Origin: an uncultured bacterium
GTDB taxonomy: Bacteria; Bacteroidota; Bacteroidia; Bacteroidales; CAIWKO01
Direction: 5' to 3'
Assembly (NCBI GenBank): GCA_903862465.1
Contig: CAIOYH010000068.1
Coordinates: forward strand, 66,280-128,399
DNA length: 62,120 nucleotides
Position 1 is the stretch's first letter. Every line of letters begins with the position of its first letter. The position numbers and the translations under genes were made by a program. Below the pieces are notes generated by a model that did not search any database, had not been told where the DNA came from, and saw nothing but the letters and a program-made list of their open reading frames with translations. Below are positions 41,028 to 51,535 of the stretch, in pieces.

Positions 41028-42272
41028 TTATCGTGTTGGATTATACATAGTGCCGGCAAAAATAATTGAATTATAGGTGTTTTCTTTAATAAAAAACATA
41101 AAAGGATGATCTATTTTTAGCTCCAAAACTTTGGCAGGAACAGTTTTCAGGCGGATAATAACAGCGGTAGCAGCAGCAGCTTCTGTTCCGGCTTCGTTTA
41201 CATGTATGAATGTCTTGTGGACCACTTTGCTGATTTTTAAATTTTTTTTGCCCGTCATTCCACTAAAATCAGCAGCATCAGAAAAGGCATCATTCATTCC
41301 CATTGATTTGAGCATGGCACTTAATTCAAACTCGGATTCAATAGTAAAAGTAGGTAAATGAAGTTTGACTTTGGCAGGGGATAGCTTGTCGAGGATATTG
41401 GAGTAACACTCTATATTCAATTGTTTTTGAAGTTCAACTAATCCATCTTTTGAACTTGGCAGTATCAGCAACATAGATAATTTGGCTTTAGCGCACGGCA
41501 CTTCGATAGCGGTGTAGGTCTTATCCTGATAAAGCTTGTACATGTTTTCTGCAATCATAAAATCTGACACAACAGAATCGACTTCATTGACAAAAAAGCC
41601 TTCTTTTTTTGTAGCGTTTTCATTAAAAGGCATATCCCAAGCTGCCTTAAAATAGATAGCGTTGACCAATACAAGACGGGTAAGTTGGTCAATCATGCCC
41701 TGAGGGATTAGGTCTTTTATCTTTTGATTGGTTTGTTGTTCTACCCAAGTGTTGATTTGGATACGACTTTTCTCAGGGTCTTTGATAAAATCGAGGAGTT
41801 TAAGTTCGGAGTTGAATTTGCTGCGAAGGATTTCAATATAAGCAGGTTTAAACTTAAAATCTTTTTGTGCCCAAATGGAGTTTGCCGTATAGATGGAGAG
41901 AAGGTCGGGCGCATTTAAACTGTTTATATAGCGAAGAAATGCGTTGTATTTATTGTACAAATCAGTGTTATTTGAGCCAAAATGAAACACATCATTTATT
42001 TGTTTTTCGGTCTCGCTTCGTGCACCGGCATACATCATGGCGATGGCAACAGAAATACTGTAAGGAGAGAAAAAGGTGTTTTGCGACTTGCTATTGATAT
42101 TTTTAAATAAGTCTAAGGCAAAACGATTGTTATTCTTACAAAGTTCTGCATCGGGAGGTGTTGTCTCGTTTATTGGGGTAACGGGGTTGTTTTTATCTTG
42201 AACACTTCGACAGCCTATCACGAGAGAAAATAAAAGGATTGAAGACAAAATAAGGATAAACGGGTTTTTCAT
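41028..42272 (-). CDS. Lipoprotein serpin (inhibitory-type hinge)
   Basis: Lipobox VIGC; FFSPYSIS, LVNAIYFK, hinge NEAGTEAAAAT, DHPFMFFI. Confidence 0.95.
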   Translation of the reverse strand: MKNPFILILSSILLFSLVIGCRSVQDKNNPVTPINETTPPDAELCKNNNRFALDLFKNINSKSQNTFFSPYSISVAIAMMYAGARSETEKQINDVFHFGSNNTDLYNKYNAFLRYINSLNAPDLLSIYTANSIWAQKDFKFKPAYIEILRSKFNSELKLLDFIKDPEKSRIQINTWVEQQTNQKIKDLIPQGMIDQLTRLVLVNAIYFKAAWDMPFNENATKKEGFFVNEVDSVVSDFMIAENMYKLYQDKTYTAIEVPCAKAKLSMLLILPSSKDGLVELQKQLNIECYSNILDKLSPAKVKLHLPTFTIESEFELSAMLKSMGMNDAFSDAADFSGMTGKKNLKISKVVHKTFIHVNEAGTEAAAATAVIIRLKTVPAKVLELKIDHPFMFFIKENTYNSIIFAGTMYNPTR

Positions 42273-42321
42273 GTTGCGTATTTAGAGATTGGCAAAATTA
42301 ATTTAATTTGAATAATTAGCG

Positions 42322-44130
42322 CTATTCTTTCTTTTCGAAATAGTTTATTAAGATTTCCGCTCTTTGTTTTCCTACTATCGCTTTCAGGTCTTCAAAAGAA
42401 GCTTTTTTGATGTTTTGTACAGATTTCAGCTTGCGTAAGAGCTTTTGTGCAGATTCGTAACCAATACCATCAATATCGGTTAATAAGGATTTTATGGTTG
42501 CTTTTTGTCGCTTGTTTCTATGATGGGTAATGCCAAAACGATGGGCTTCATCGCGGAGTTGTTGTATCAATTTGAGCGTTTCTGATTTCTTATCAATATA
42601 AAGAGGAATAGAATCTCCGGGGAAATAAATCTCTTCAAGTTTTTTTGCGATACCAATAATAGGTATTTTTGTGGAGAGTCCAAGCTTTTCGAGGCTCGAC
42701 ACGGCAGAACTTAACTGCCCTTTGCCCCCATCCACAATAATAAGCTTTGGTAAGGCTTGGTCCTCGTCGAGCAAGCGTTTGTAACGCCTATACACCACCT
42801 CTTCCATCGAAGCAAAGTCATTAGGACCTTCTACGGTTTTGATGTTAAAATGACGGTATTCGTTTTTGGCAGGACGCGCATTTTTAAACACTACCATGGC
42901 TGCCACAGGATAGGTTCCTTGTGTGTTAGAATTGTCGAAACATTCAATATGATCGGGCAGCGTATTCAAATGCAAATCCTTCATGGCTTGTTCCATAATG
43001 CGGTTCACATGCCTGTCGGGATCAACAAGTTCCTTCTGTTTTTCTTTATCAAGTTTAAAATATTTTGCATTGCGAAGCGACAAATCTAAAAGGTTCTTCT
43101 TATCTCCTTTTTGAGGAATCGTTATTTTTACATTGGGAATCTTTATGCTCAAATCAAAAGGAATAATAATCTCCGAAGAATTACTTTTCATACGTTCGCG
43201 CAAATCGGCAATGGCAAACTCCAAGAGCTGGACATCGGTTTCATCCAATTTCTTTTTTAATTCAACAGTATGAGCTTGAACAATGGCACCATCTACAACC
43301 TTCAAGAAATTCACAAAAGCCGATTGTTCATCGTAAATAATACTAAATACATCCACATTGCTAATGCTTGAATTCACCACCGTTGATTTGCTTTGATATT
43401 TTTCGAGCAATTCAATTTTTTCTTTCACGTATTGTGCACGTTCGAATTCATAGTCCGCGGCATACGCTAACATCGTCTTCTTTAATTGCTGCTGCACACT
43501 ATTGATATTTCCTTTGATAATTTCCTTTATATTCGCAATAACGGCATTGTAATCCTCTTCTTCTTGAAGCCCTTCGCAAGGTCCTTTGCAGTTGCCGATA
43601 TGATATTTCAGGCAGAGTTTATGCCGTTTGCGTTTGATGTTTTCTTCCGATAAATTGAAACTGCAGGTGCGAATTTGAAAGAGTTGATACACCAATTCGA
43701 GCAAGGTATTCATCATACGAACGGATGCGTAGGGACCAAAATATTCGGAGCCATCTTTGATGAGATTGCGGGTAACAAGTATGCGCGGAAATCGTTCGTT
43801 TTTGATGCAAATCCACGGATAGGTTTTGTCATCCTTCAGCATCACATTATAACGCGGCTGATATTTTTTAATCAGGTTGTTTTCTAACAGTAGCGCGTCA
43901 TATTCGGTGTCAACAATAATATATTTTATTTCGACTATCTTTTTGACCAATACGCTTAGCTTGCCCGAACTAACTGCCTCCGTTTTGAAATAGCTACGTA
44001 CACGTTTTTTAAGGCTTTTGGCTTTGCCGATATAAATAATAGTTCCCTGTTTGTCGTAATACTGATACACCCCGGGTTTGTCGGGAAGCGTTTTCAGTGT
44101 TTGGCGAATATGATCGGAGATAGGAAGCAC
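42322..44130 (-). CDS. uvrC: Excinuclease ABC subunit C
   Basis: PGVYQY, YIGKAKSL (GIY-YIG), ECFDNSN, DGGKGQL, RDEAHRF, HhH C-terminus; GTG start abutting the gldH stop. Confidence 0.98.
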   Translation of the reverse strand: MLPISDHIRQTLKTLPDKPGVYQYYDKQGTIIYIGKAKSLKKRVRSYFKTEAVSSGKLSVLVKKIVEIKYIIVDTEYDALLLENNLIKKYQPRYNVMLKDDKTYPWICIKNERFPRILVTRNLIKDGSEYFGPYASVRMMNTLLELVYQLFQIRTCSFNLSEENIKRKRHKLCLKYHIGNCKGPCEGLQEEEDYNAVIANIKEIIKGNINSVQQQLKKTMLAYAADYEFERAQYVKEKIELLEKYQSKSTVVNSSISNVDVFSIIYDEQSAFVNFLKVVDGAIVQAHTVELKKKLDETDVQLLEFAIADLRERMKSNSSEIIIPFDLSIKIPNVKITIPQKGDKKNLLDLSLRNAKYFKLDKEKQKELVDPDRHVNRIMEQAMKDLHLNTLPDHIECFDNSNTQGTYPVAAMVVFKNARPAKNEYRHFNIKTVEGPNDFASMEEVVYRRYKRLLDEDQALPKLIIVDGGKGQLSSAVSSLEKLGLSTKIPIIGIAKKLEEIYFPGDSIPLYIDKKSETLKLIQQLRDEAHRFGITHHRNKRQKATIKSLLTDIDGIGYESAQKLLRKLKSVQNIKKASFEDLKAIVGKQRAEILINYFEKKE

Positions 44131-44604
44131 TTAGTTGGTTTTTTTGGCTTTTCTGATAATCAATCCAACATCCATAATGTCGCTTAGTTCAATGATGGGC
44201 ATCACATTCTGTACTTCGAAGATATAGGTTCCTTTTTCAGGGAAAGTAACATCCGTCATCACTGGATAGGTGATATCCCATAGGTCGCCGGCACCCTCGC
44301 CTTTGAATGTTCCGTCGGTATTGCGCAAGAACACATTATGGTCTTTGGTGCGCATATCTCCGGCAGGATAGGTGGAGGTTACATTTACGCGGATATTCGC
44401 ATAAGGATAGTAGCTTGTGTGGCGAATGGCGAGCGTTACATCATAATTCGTTGTAACATCTTCGATGGGCACATCAAATTTGATAACATTGGTGCGTTTC
44501 CATTTATAGTTTTCGATGTCTATATATTTTTCGAAAACTTTTTGTTTTGAGCAGGATGCGAGCATCATCATAACAATGATACTTAAATAAATATATTTTT
44601 TCAT
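44131..44604 (-). CDS. gldH: GldH-family lipoprotein
   Basis: Lipobox LASC; YPYANI, FKGEGAGD, DVGLII motifs. Confidence 0.85.
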   Translation of the reverse strand: MKKYIYLSIIVMMMLASCSKQKVFEKYIDIENYKWKRTNVIKFDVPIEDVTTNYDVTLAIRHTSYYPYANIRVNVTSTYPAGDMRTKDHNVFLRNTDGTFKGEGAGDLWDITYPVMTDVTFPEKGTYIFEVQNVMPIIELSDIMDVGLIIRKAKKTN

Positions 44605-44673
44605 GGCTGGTAATGAATTTTGATGTAAATTTACACTGTTTTTTTGAATCCAATAGAAATTTTATTAAAAAAA

Positions 44674-45300
44674 ATGAAGAACCAAAAATTTTATGTGGTT
44701 TGGAAAGGTCGAAATCCGGGGATTTACTCCTCTTGGGACGACTGCGAAGTCCAAATTATCAAGTTCGAAGGTGCTGCATATAAGGCTTTTGAAACACGCA
44801 TCGACGCGGAAGTTGCTTATGCAGGCAACAGTAATGCCTTTATTTATAAAAAGACAAATATAGCAACAACAAAAAGTTCGAAAGTGAAGGGGAAACCCAA
44901 TTTGAAAAGTATCAGCGTGGATGCGGCATGGAACACCAAGACAAAAATAATGGAATATCAAGGCGTGGTGACCAACACGAAGGAGTTGATTTTTCGCAAA
45001 GGTCCCTTTCAGGATGCCACCAATAATATCGGAGAGTTTTTGGCAATAGTGCATGGCTTGGCACTGTTGAAACAACGGAACAGCGATTTGCCTATTTATA
45101 GCGATAGCATGACCGCCATCAAATGGGTGAAAGATGCTTATGCCAACACCAAATTGTTGGAAACCGATAATAATTCCGAGATTTTCGAACTGATTGAACG
45201 GGCAGAGTTTTGGCTCAAGAACAACACCTATACTACGAAAATATTGAAATGGGAAACAGAAGCATGGGGCGAAATTCCTGCCGATTTTGGAAGAAAATAA
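44674..45300 (+). CDS. rnhA: Ribonuclease HI with N-terminal hybrid-binding (viroplasmin/Cauli_VI) domain
   Basis: FYVVWKGRNPGIYSSWDDC; VDAA, TNNIGEFLA, YSDS, WGEIPADFGRK; ATG 44674 preferred. Confidence 0.95.
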   Translation: MKNQKFYVVWKGRNPGIYSSWDDCEVQIIKFEGAAYKAFETRIDAEVAYAGNSNAFIYKKTNIATTKSSKVKGKPNLKSISVDAAWNTKTKIMEYQGVVTNTKELIFRKGPFQDATNNIGEFLAIVHGLALLKQRNSDLPIYSDSMTAIKWVKDAYANTKLLETDNNSEIFELIERAEFWLKNNTYTTKILKWETEAWGEIPADFGRK

Positions 45301-45317
45301 TATAAACAACGAACGAA

Positions 45318-46052
45318 ATGTGTTACAGTATCGCTTTTTTAGAACATCGTCAGCAGAAATATGCCGAACGCTATAAAGAACTTTTGCCGCCCGATTGGAG
45401 CGAAAGAACTTCGCCCATAGATATGCCCACTTACTATTTTGTAAGTGGTTTTTCGCATCCGCTTTTGCCTATCATCAAACACGATGGCATGTTTCTTTTT
45501 GAATGGGGATTGATTCCTTTTTGGATAAACGACAGTCATGCTGCCAAAGATATTCAAAACAAAACCCTGAATGCCGTGGGCGAAACGGTGTTTCAAAAGT
45601 CTTCGTTTCGCAAGTGCATCGTTTCGCAGCGGTGTTTGTTGGGTGTTACGGGTTTTTATGAATGGCACGAAATACATAAGGCGAAATATCCCTATTTTAT
45701 TCACACCAAAAGCAACGACATCTTTTCTTTGGGATGTGTTTACAACAGGTGGGTGGACAAAACCACAGGCGAAATCCGCAACACCTTCAGCATACTCACC
45801 ACCGCAGCAAATCCGCTGATGGAGCGCATCCACAATACTAAAAAGCGTATGCCGTTGATTCTTGCTCCACAAGATGAACTGAAATGGATAAACCCGACCT
45901 TGACTCGCATAGAAATATCTTCCTTGTTACAGCCTTATAATGCAGAAGATATGACCGCCTACACAGTTTCGAAAGCTGCAAACAATGTGAGAAACAATCG
46001 GAATGTTCCTGAAATTATGGAACGGGTGGAGTATGGGGAATTGGAAGGGTGA
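45318..46052 (+). CDS. SOS response-associated peptidase (SRAP, YedK/HMCES family)
   Basis: Catalytic Cys2 (MCY), WGLIPFW, LNA, GFYEW, IHNTKKRMP. Confidence 0.93.
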   Translation: MCYSIAFLEHRQQKYAERYKELLPPDWSERTSPIDMPTYYFVSGFSHPLLPIIKHDGMFLFEWGLIPFWINDSHAAKDIQNKTLNAVGETVFQKSSFRKCIVSQRCLLGVTGFYEWHEIHKAKYPYFIHTKSNDIFSLGCVYNRWVDKTTGEIRNTFSILTTAANPLMERIHNTKKRMPLILAPQDELKWINPTLTRIEISSLLQPYNAEDMTAYTVSKAANNVRNNRNVPEIMERVEYGELEG

Positions 46053-46060
46053 GTCAATTA

Positions 46061-46098
46061 GTTAATTGGGGAATTGAGTTAATTGGGGTTTGAGGATA
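46061..46098 (+). repeat. 38-bp dispersed repeat, copy 1
   Basis: 33/38 identical to 61231-61268; internal AATT spacing of 8-9 bp. Confidence 0.75.
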
Positions 46099-46311
46099 TG
46101 AATTCCTTCGCGTGGTTACACGAATGCTTTCGTATTACAAAGTGAAAGTTTTTATACGTCCTTGAAATAAAAAGAAAGAAGAATACGTGGTATTTTCGTG
46201 AATTTAGTAAGAAAAATGAGATTTTTCTCTTGTATTTCTTGAGAAATACTTAATTTTATGCCCTCAAATAAACAGATTTTATGTAAGTAGGTTTCCCAAA
46301 ATTGAATTTTT

Positions 46312-48915
46312 ATGAAAAGAATAATTCTAGCACTATTATTTCTTCCAACTGTTGCATGGGCACAGGTTCAAGACGATTTTTCTGATGCGAATTTCACGGC
46401 AAATCCTGCATGGCATGGCGATAGTTCGCAATTTCAAATTTCCACCTATTCCAATTCTTCTTGGAGCGACGCGCCCCGCCTGCAATTGGATGGGACTGTT
46501 GCCGACACTTCTTGTTTGTATATAGCCACATCCTTGCCGACGCTGAATAATATGGAGTGGGATTTTTGGGTACGATTGACGCTGAACACCTCGAAGTCGA
46601 ATAATTGCCGCGTGTATTTGGTTTCCGATAAGGCGAACTTACATGGAAGCCTCAATGGGTATTTTGTGATGTTTGGCGACGATGAGAACGACCAACTTGA
46701 TAGTATTTCTTTATGGGAACAAAATGGAAACATCACGCAAAAGTTAATAGCAGGTCATCATTGTTTCACGGGAACATCTTCTTCTTACGGCATTAAAGTG
46801 CAACGTGATAATGCAGGGGTTTGGTCTTTGTTTGCAAGTCAAAACGGCTCTACAAACTATACGTTGGAGGGATCGTGCCTCGACAATACCTTCACGAGTT
46901 CGTCCTATTTTGGTATTTATTGCAAATATACTAGCACAAATAAGACAAACTTTTATTTTGATGATATCTATATCGGACCAAAGATAGTGGACACTGTGCG
47001 CCCTACGGTTCTGTCTGTAAACGTTATTTCTGCGAATCAAATTGATATCACCTTTTCGGAGAATGTGGATCCTATTACGGCGGAAACAGTCACCAATTAT
47101 AATGTTTCAACCTTTAGCTTTCCGCTATCTGCTGCCGTGGAGGGCTGTGTGGTGCATTTGGTGTATGCTTCTGCGTTTTTAGCCGGGAACACCTATACTA
47201 TGGGCATTGCAAATGTTCGAGATTGCGCTGCGAATCCCATGCTTCCTGTTTCTGTTCCTTTTAGCTTTTATAAAACGCAAGGATATGATATTGTGATAAA
47301 CGAAATAATGGCAGACCCCGACCCGCCTATGGGTTTGCCCAATTATGAGTACATTGAGTTGTTTAATAAATCGGCATATCCCATTAATATAAACCATTGG
47401 AGCCTCGACATCAATACTTCGCATGCTAGTTTGCCGAATGTCACTTTGGCGCCCAATGCTTATGCTATCATTTGCGATGAAGAAGCTGAGGATTTATTTC
47501 TTCCGCACGGTACCACTATCGGCATCCCCTCACTTTCGCTTACCAATACAGGCGCCACTATCGCCCTGCGCAACGCAGCGGGAAGCCTAATCCATTTTGT
47601 CACTTATTCCGACGCTTGGTATCAAAACGCTAACAAAGCGGATGGCGGATGGTCTTTGGAGCAAATTGACGCCAACAATCCCTGCGGGGGCATTGCCAAT
47701 TGGAAGCCATCCACAGATCCAAGTGGCGGGACTCCCGCTCGGCTTAATTCCATTATGGGTAGCAATCCCGATATCTCTCCTCCGAAATTAATCAGAGCTT
47801 CTGCATCACGGTATGAACCCCTGCATGCCAAGCTATTCTTCGACGAGCCATTGGACAGTGCTTTTATGGACAATCTTACGAAATATGAAGTGGATAATGG
47901 TATCGGGAATCCACTTTCCATAGTGTTTAGCAAACCTGATAACGCCTCTGCCACGCTTTTCTTTTCGCAGGAGCTTCTCCCCCATATTGTTTACACCCTT
48001 CGCATAAGCGATAGCATTTTTGATTGCTCGGGCAACAAAATCCCTGCGAATTCAACGGTTCGGTTTGCGCTGCCCGAACTTCCCGACTCAGGTGATTTGG
48101 TCATCAATGAGGTGCTTTCGAATCCAAAGGACGATGGCGTTGACTTTGTCGAGGTTTATAATCGTTCCGAAAAGGTGTTGGATTTTATGGATATAAACCT
48201 AGCATCTATGGATGATACGCGCATCATTACCAACGATAACTTCTTGATTTTTCCGAAGGATTATGTGGTTTTGACCACCAATCCCGATAAAGTGAAAGAG
48301 CAATATACAAGCCCCAATCCCTATTCGTTTATCAAGATGGAGTCCTTGCCAACCTATAATAATGATGAAGGGACCGTTATGTTGACCACCAAGGCAGATG
48401 CCGTGATAGATGCCATGACCTATACTGCCGATATGCATTTCCCGCTGCTGAACACCACGGATGGCGTATCCTTGGAACGCATAGATTTTAATCGTCCCGC
48501 AAGCGACATCACGAATTGGCATTCGGCGGCAGAGACAGTGGGTTTTGCTACGCCTGCTTATGAAAACTCGCAATTCTTTCCCGAGAATTTTGAGGATGAC
48601 ATGGCAGTTTCTGTTGAACCTGAAATTTTTTCACCCGATAATGATGGGTATAACGATATATTGAACATCAATTGTCAAGCGGCAAGTCCGGGTCGCGTGG
48701 TTTCTATAATAATTTACGATGCAAAAGGACGCCTAGTGAAGTCGCTTGTGAAGAGCAAAATGATGTCAGAAAAGGCTAGCTTTTCGTGGGATGGCACTCG
48801 GGACGATGCCACCAAGGCGAACATTGGAATTTATGTGATTTATGTGGAGAGTTTCGATTTGAGCGGTTCGGTGAAACATTATAAACGCACGGCGGTGTTG
48901 GCAACGAAGTTCTAA
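46312..48915 (+). CDS. Secreted lamin-tail/Ig-like (Big_5) protein with type-B T9SS C-terminal domain
   Basis: Signal peptide; two VINEIM/VINEVL...EYIEL/DFVEVYN lamin-tail motifs; C-terminal FSPDNDGYND...WDG...GIYVI. Confidence 0.85.
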   Translation: MKRIILALLFLPTVAWAQVQDDFSDANFTANPAWHGDSSQFQISTYSNSSWSDAPRLQLDGTVADTSCLYIATSLPTLNNMEWDFWVRLTLNTSKSNNCRVYLVSDKANLHGSLNGYFVMFGDDENDQLDSISLWEQNGNITQKLIAGHHCFTGTSSSYGIKVQRDNAGVWSLFASQNGSTNYTLEGSCLDNTFTSSSYFGIYCKYTSTNKTNFYFDDIYIGPKIVDTVRPTVLSVNVISANQIDITFSENVDPITAETVTNYNVSTFSFPLSAAVEGCVVHLVYASAFLAGNTYTMGIANVRDCAANPMLPVSVPFSFYKTQGYDIVINEIMADPDPPMGLPNYEYIELFNKSAYPININHWSLDINTSHASLPNVTLAPNAYAIICDEEAEDLFLPHGTTIGIPSLSLTNTGATIALRNAAGSLIHFVTYSDAWYQNANKADGGWSLEQIDANNPCGGIANWKPSTDPSGGTPARLNSIMGSNPDISPPKLIRASASRYEPLHAKLFFDEPLDSAFMDNLTKYEVDNGIGNPLSIVFSKPDNASATLFFSQELLPHIVYTLRISDSIFDCSGNKIPANSTVRFALPELPDSGDLVINEVLSNPKDDGVDFVEVYNRSEKVLDFMDINLASMDDTRIITNDNFLIFPKDYVVLTTNPDKVKEQYTSPNPYSFIKMESLPTYNNDEGTVMLTTKADAVIDAMTYTADMHFPLLNTTDGVSLERIDFNRPASDITNWHSAAETVGFATPAYENSQFFPENFEDDMAVSVEPEIFSPDNDGYNDILNINCQAASPGRVVSIIIYDAKGRLVKSLVKSKMMSEKASFSWDGTRDDATKANIGIYVIYVESFDLSGSVKHYKRTAVLATKF

Positions 48916-48918
48916 ATT

Positions 48919-49608
48919 TCATCCTGTGGTGCATGCCATGGCAGCCACAGAGATTTTTACATCCGAAATGGTGAGCAATTGGTTGACACAGGCTTCGATG
49001 GTAGCACCCGTGGTGATGACGTCGTCCACCAACAAAATATGTTTCCCTTTCAGGCTTGCGGTATCGGTGATGGCAAATATCTCTTTCACATTTTCCCAAC
49101 GTTTGAAACGGGACTTTTTGGTTTGAGTTTTTGAGGCTGTGGTTCGAACTAAAGTCTTGGTGTCGCAGGGAATCCGCATGGCTGTTGACAGACCTTTTGC
49201 AAAGATTTCGCTTTGGTTGAAGCCTCTTTTGCGTTTCTTTCTTTTGTGCAAAGGAACAGGAATCACCACCTCAACATCTTTGAAGAAAGCAGATTGCAAC
49301 AAATCCTTGCCGTAGGATTCCCCTATATAGGTGCCGATTTCTGTTTTGCCGTTGTATTTGAATTGATGGATTAAATTTTGAACGTTCCCGCCTTTTTTGA
49401 AATGATATAAGGCAGCCACATGCGCAATCGGTACCCTTCCCCAAAAATTCTTAGCGAGCGGATTGTCATCATCGAGATGATAATTGGTTTTGGGCAAATG
49501 AAATTGACAGATAGCACATAGGACATCTTCATGTTGCGACAAGGATGCATTGCAAGCATAGCAGAATCGAGGATAAATCAGGCAGAGGAAGTCGTAGAAG
49601 AGGGACAT
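48919..49608 (-). CDS. comF: ComF-family phosphoribosyltransferase-like protein
   Basis: CYAC/CAIC zinc finger, PVPLH, RGFNQS, LLVDDVITTGAT. Confidence 0.93.
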   Translation of the reverse strand: MSLFYDFLCLIYPRFCYACNASLSQHEDVLCAICQFHLPKTNYHLDDDNPLAKNFWGRVPIAHVAALYHFKKGGNVQNLIHQFKYNGKTEIGTYIGESYGKDLLQSAFFKDVEVVIPVPLHKRKKRKRGFNQSEIFAKGLSTAMRIPCDTKTLVRTTASKTQTKKSRFKRWENVKEIFAITDTASLKGKHILLVDDVITTGATIEACVNQLLTISDVKISVAAMACTTG

Positions 49609-49693
49609 GATTGATGGATATGTTTTATATCAAGATGGAACTTCCTTTAATAAAAAGAGATTGCGTGAATTTATTTGTTAACCACTTTCGTTT

Positions 49694-50617
49694 TCATGCT
49701 TCAAGATGTAACTCGAATTGTTCAACTTTGATTTTCTCTTTTAAGCCGTGATTATGTTGAGAAAAGTTGGTTGTGTTGAAGTTGCAAACAAGTGCTTCTA
49801 CAACTGTCCGCCTGTTCTCAATGCTACCTCCGTTATGATAAAAGTGGTCTTTTGTAACAATATTGAACTTGTTCCAATATTTAGTTATCATTTCGTTTTC
49901 TCTCCAATCATTATGGTGCCAAGTTGAAAGGATGAATTTTGCCTTTGTTTTGCTGAGCAGATTGAATAAAAGTTCTTCGTCTTGTTCTGTCCATCCGTTA
50001 TAATAGTCAACATGTCGTCCGAAGTAGGGAGGGTCGCAATAAATAATATCCTGCTCTGTTGCAAGAGGAATAATGTCGGCAAATGATTTATTGTAAAAAA
50101 CCCATGTAGGTTCAGGTTGTATAATCTGTGATACTAAAGAAAGTTGATTTGTAATTTTGGTTATGTATGCTTGTGCAAACCTGTCAGGTTTTTTGCAAAA
50201 AGGAATGTTCCAATTCCCTTTACCTCCAAACCTCATCATTCCGTTGAACCCTGCACGAGAAAGAAAAATGAAATCATACGGTGAAAATTCACCGCTGTTG
50301 AAACGTGTCCGAACGTTTAAATAATGCTCGTATCCATTGTTATCTGCTTTACTTAAAATTTCACCTTCCTGTTCTAAGTAGTTTCTCATTAAAGGAGCTG
50401 TGATGATATTTTGTTGGACACCTTTATAGAAGTTAATAATATGAGGATTTGTGTCGTTAAGTATAGCTTCCTTGAAGCCTGAATTAAATGCAACAACACC
50501 TGTTCCCAAAAATGGTTCTATCCACTTGCCTGATACTTTTGGTGCAAGTTCCATAATCCAAGGAACTAACTTGGTTTTTATGCCTTGACTTTTTATGGGA
50601 GGAATAATAACTTTCAT
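49694..50617 (-). CDS. Dam-family N6-adenine DNA methyltransferase, M.EcoRV-like
   Basis: PPIKSQGIKTKLVP, EPFLGTG, YCDPPY, STWHHN; closely resembles M.EcoRV as I recall it. Confidence 0.93.
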   Translation of the reverse strand: MKVIIPPIKSQGIKTKLVPWIMELAPKVSGKWIEPFLGTGVVAFNSGFKEAILNDTNPHIINFYKGVQQNIITAPLMRNYLEQEGEILSKADNNGYEHYLNVRTRFNSGEFSPYDFIFLSRAGFNGMMRFGGKGNWNIPFCKKPDRFAQAYITKITNQLSLVSQIIQPEPTWVFYNKSFADIIPLATEQDIIYCDPPYFGRHVDYYNGWTEQDEELLFNLLSKTKAKFILSTWHHNDWRENEMITKYWNKFNIVTKDHFYHNGGSIENRRTVVEALVCNFNTTNFSQHNHGLKEKIKVEQFELHLEA

Positions 50618-51531
50618 TTAGTCTTCTTATTAGAGGTTCTAGCAACAATTTTATCCCAAAGGTCAGATTTGCCTTTAAATTCCAAGAAATCTTTAAGAGT
50701 TGTTATTTTTATTAGTTTGCCGTCTCTCATCATAGTGGCTGAACCATGATTTATCCAATACTCATCAAACCATTCTTCGCCTAATTGGCTAAAAATACCG
50801 TTTTCATTTTTGAGGTCGGCAATGTCGAATATTGAACCAATATTGGCAGTATTTCCAGAACCTTGTTTGTCGCTTGCAATTTTCCATTTCTCCGCAGCGA
50901 AAAAATCAAAATCCTTAATAACCGATGTAATAGATTTAAGGTTTTTTACGGTAGTAACCTCACGTTCTCCTACTTTCTTATTAGGTTTGTCATATTCTTC
51001 TAACAGGTCTTGAACTTGATAAATTTCTGTTTCGGGAAAGTCTTCGCTAAGGTCTGTTCTTGTATAAATAACACCTAAACAATAATGCCCTGTATATTGA
51101 TTGTATGGAAACTGAATATTTTTAGATTTGTCCCTTTCTTTGAAATATGCTCCATGACTACCTAGGGTAAAACCTGCTGTTTTATGGTTTCGTCTGAAAG
51201 TCGTTTTGATATCAACAGCAAATTTCACTTCTTCATTTTTCTTGTGAACAAAAGAGAGGTCAGGATACCAATTTTGTTTTTCGGCAAGAATAAGCTTATA
51301 ACCGATACTGTCGGCAAATTGCAATATTTGAGGAAAGATATGTATTTCAAGAATCTTTGAAACGATTTTTGTGTCGGAGGAGATAGTATAAATATTTTTG
51401 TAAACATCAATGAATCCTTTTACAGACCAATCGCCATTATCGGTAGAAACGTACTTTTCGAGCTTGTCAGCGAATTTGTCAAGCTCTGTTTTAAAGTGCA
51501 ATTTATAATTGTTTTTTTCTATTATATCCAT
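50614..51531 (-). CDS. Type II restriction endonuclease, EcoRV-like
   Basis: SDTKIVSKILE, QNWYPD, VDIKTT (PD-DxK), FTLG, GSGNTANIGS motifs matching EcoRV elements. Confidence 0.9.
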   Translation of the reverse strand: MDIIEKNNYKLHFKTELDKFADKLEKYVSTDNGDWSVKGFIDVYKNIYTISSDTKIVSKILEIHIFPQILQFADSIGYKLILAEKQNWYPDLSFVHKKNEEVKFAVDIKTTFRRNHKTAGFTLGSHGAYFKERDKSKNIQFPYNQYTGHYCLGVIYTRTDLSEDFPETEIYQVQDLLEEYDKPNKKVGEREVTTVKNLKSITSVIKDFDFFAAEKWKIASDKQGSGNTANIGSIFDIADLKNENGIFSQLGEEWFDEYWINHGSATMMRDGKLIKITTLKDFLEFKGKSDLWDKIVARTSNKKTK

Positions 51532-51535
51532 GTTA

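Noticed and set aside
46762-46776. Third parS-like site TGTTTCACGGGAACA
   Set aside because: One base is missing from the 16-bp palindrome and it lies inside a coding region; probably chance.
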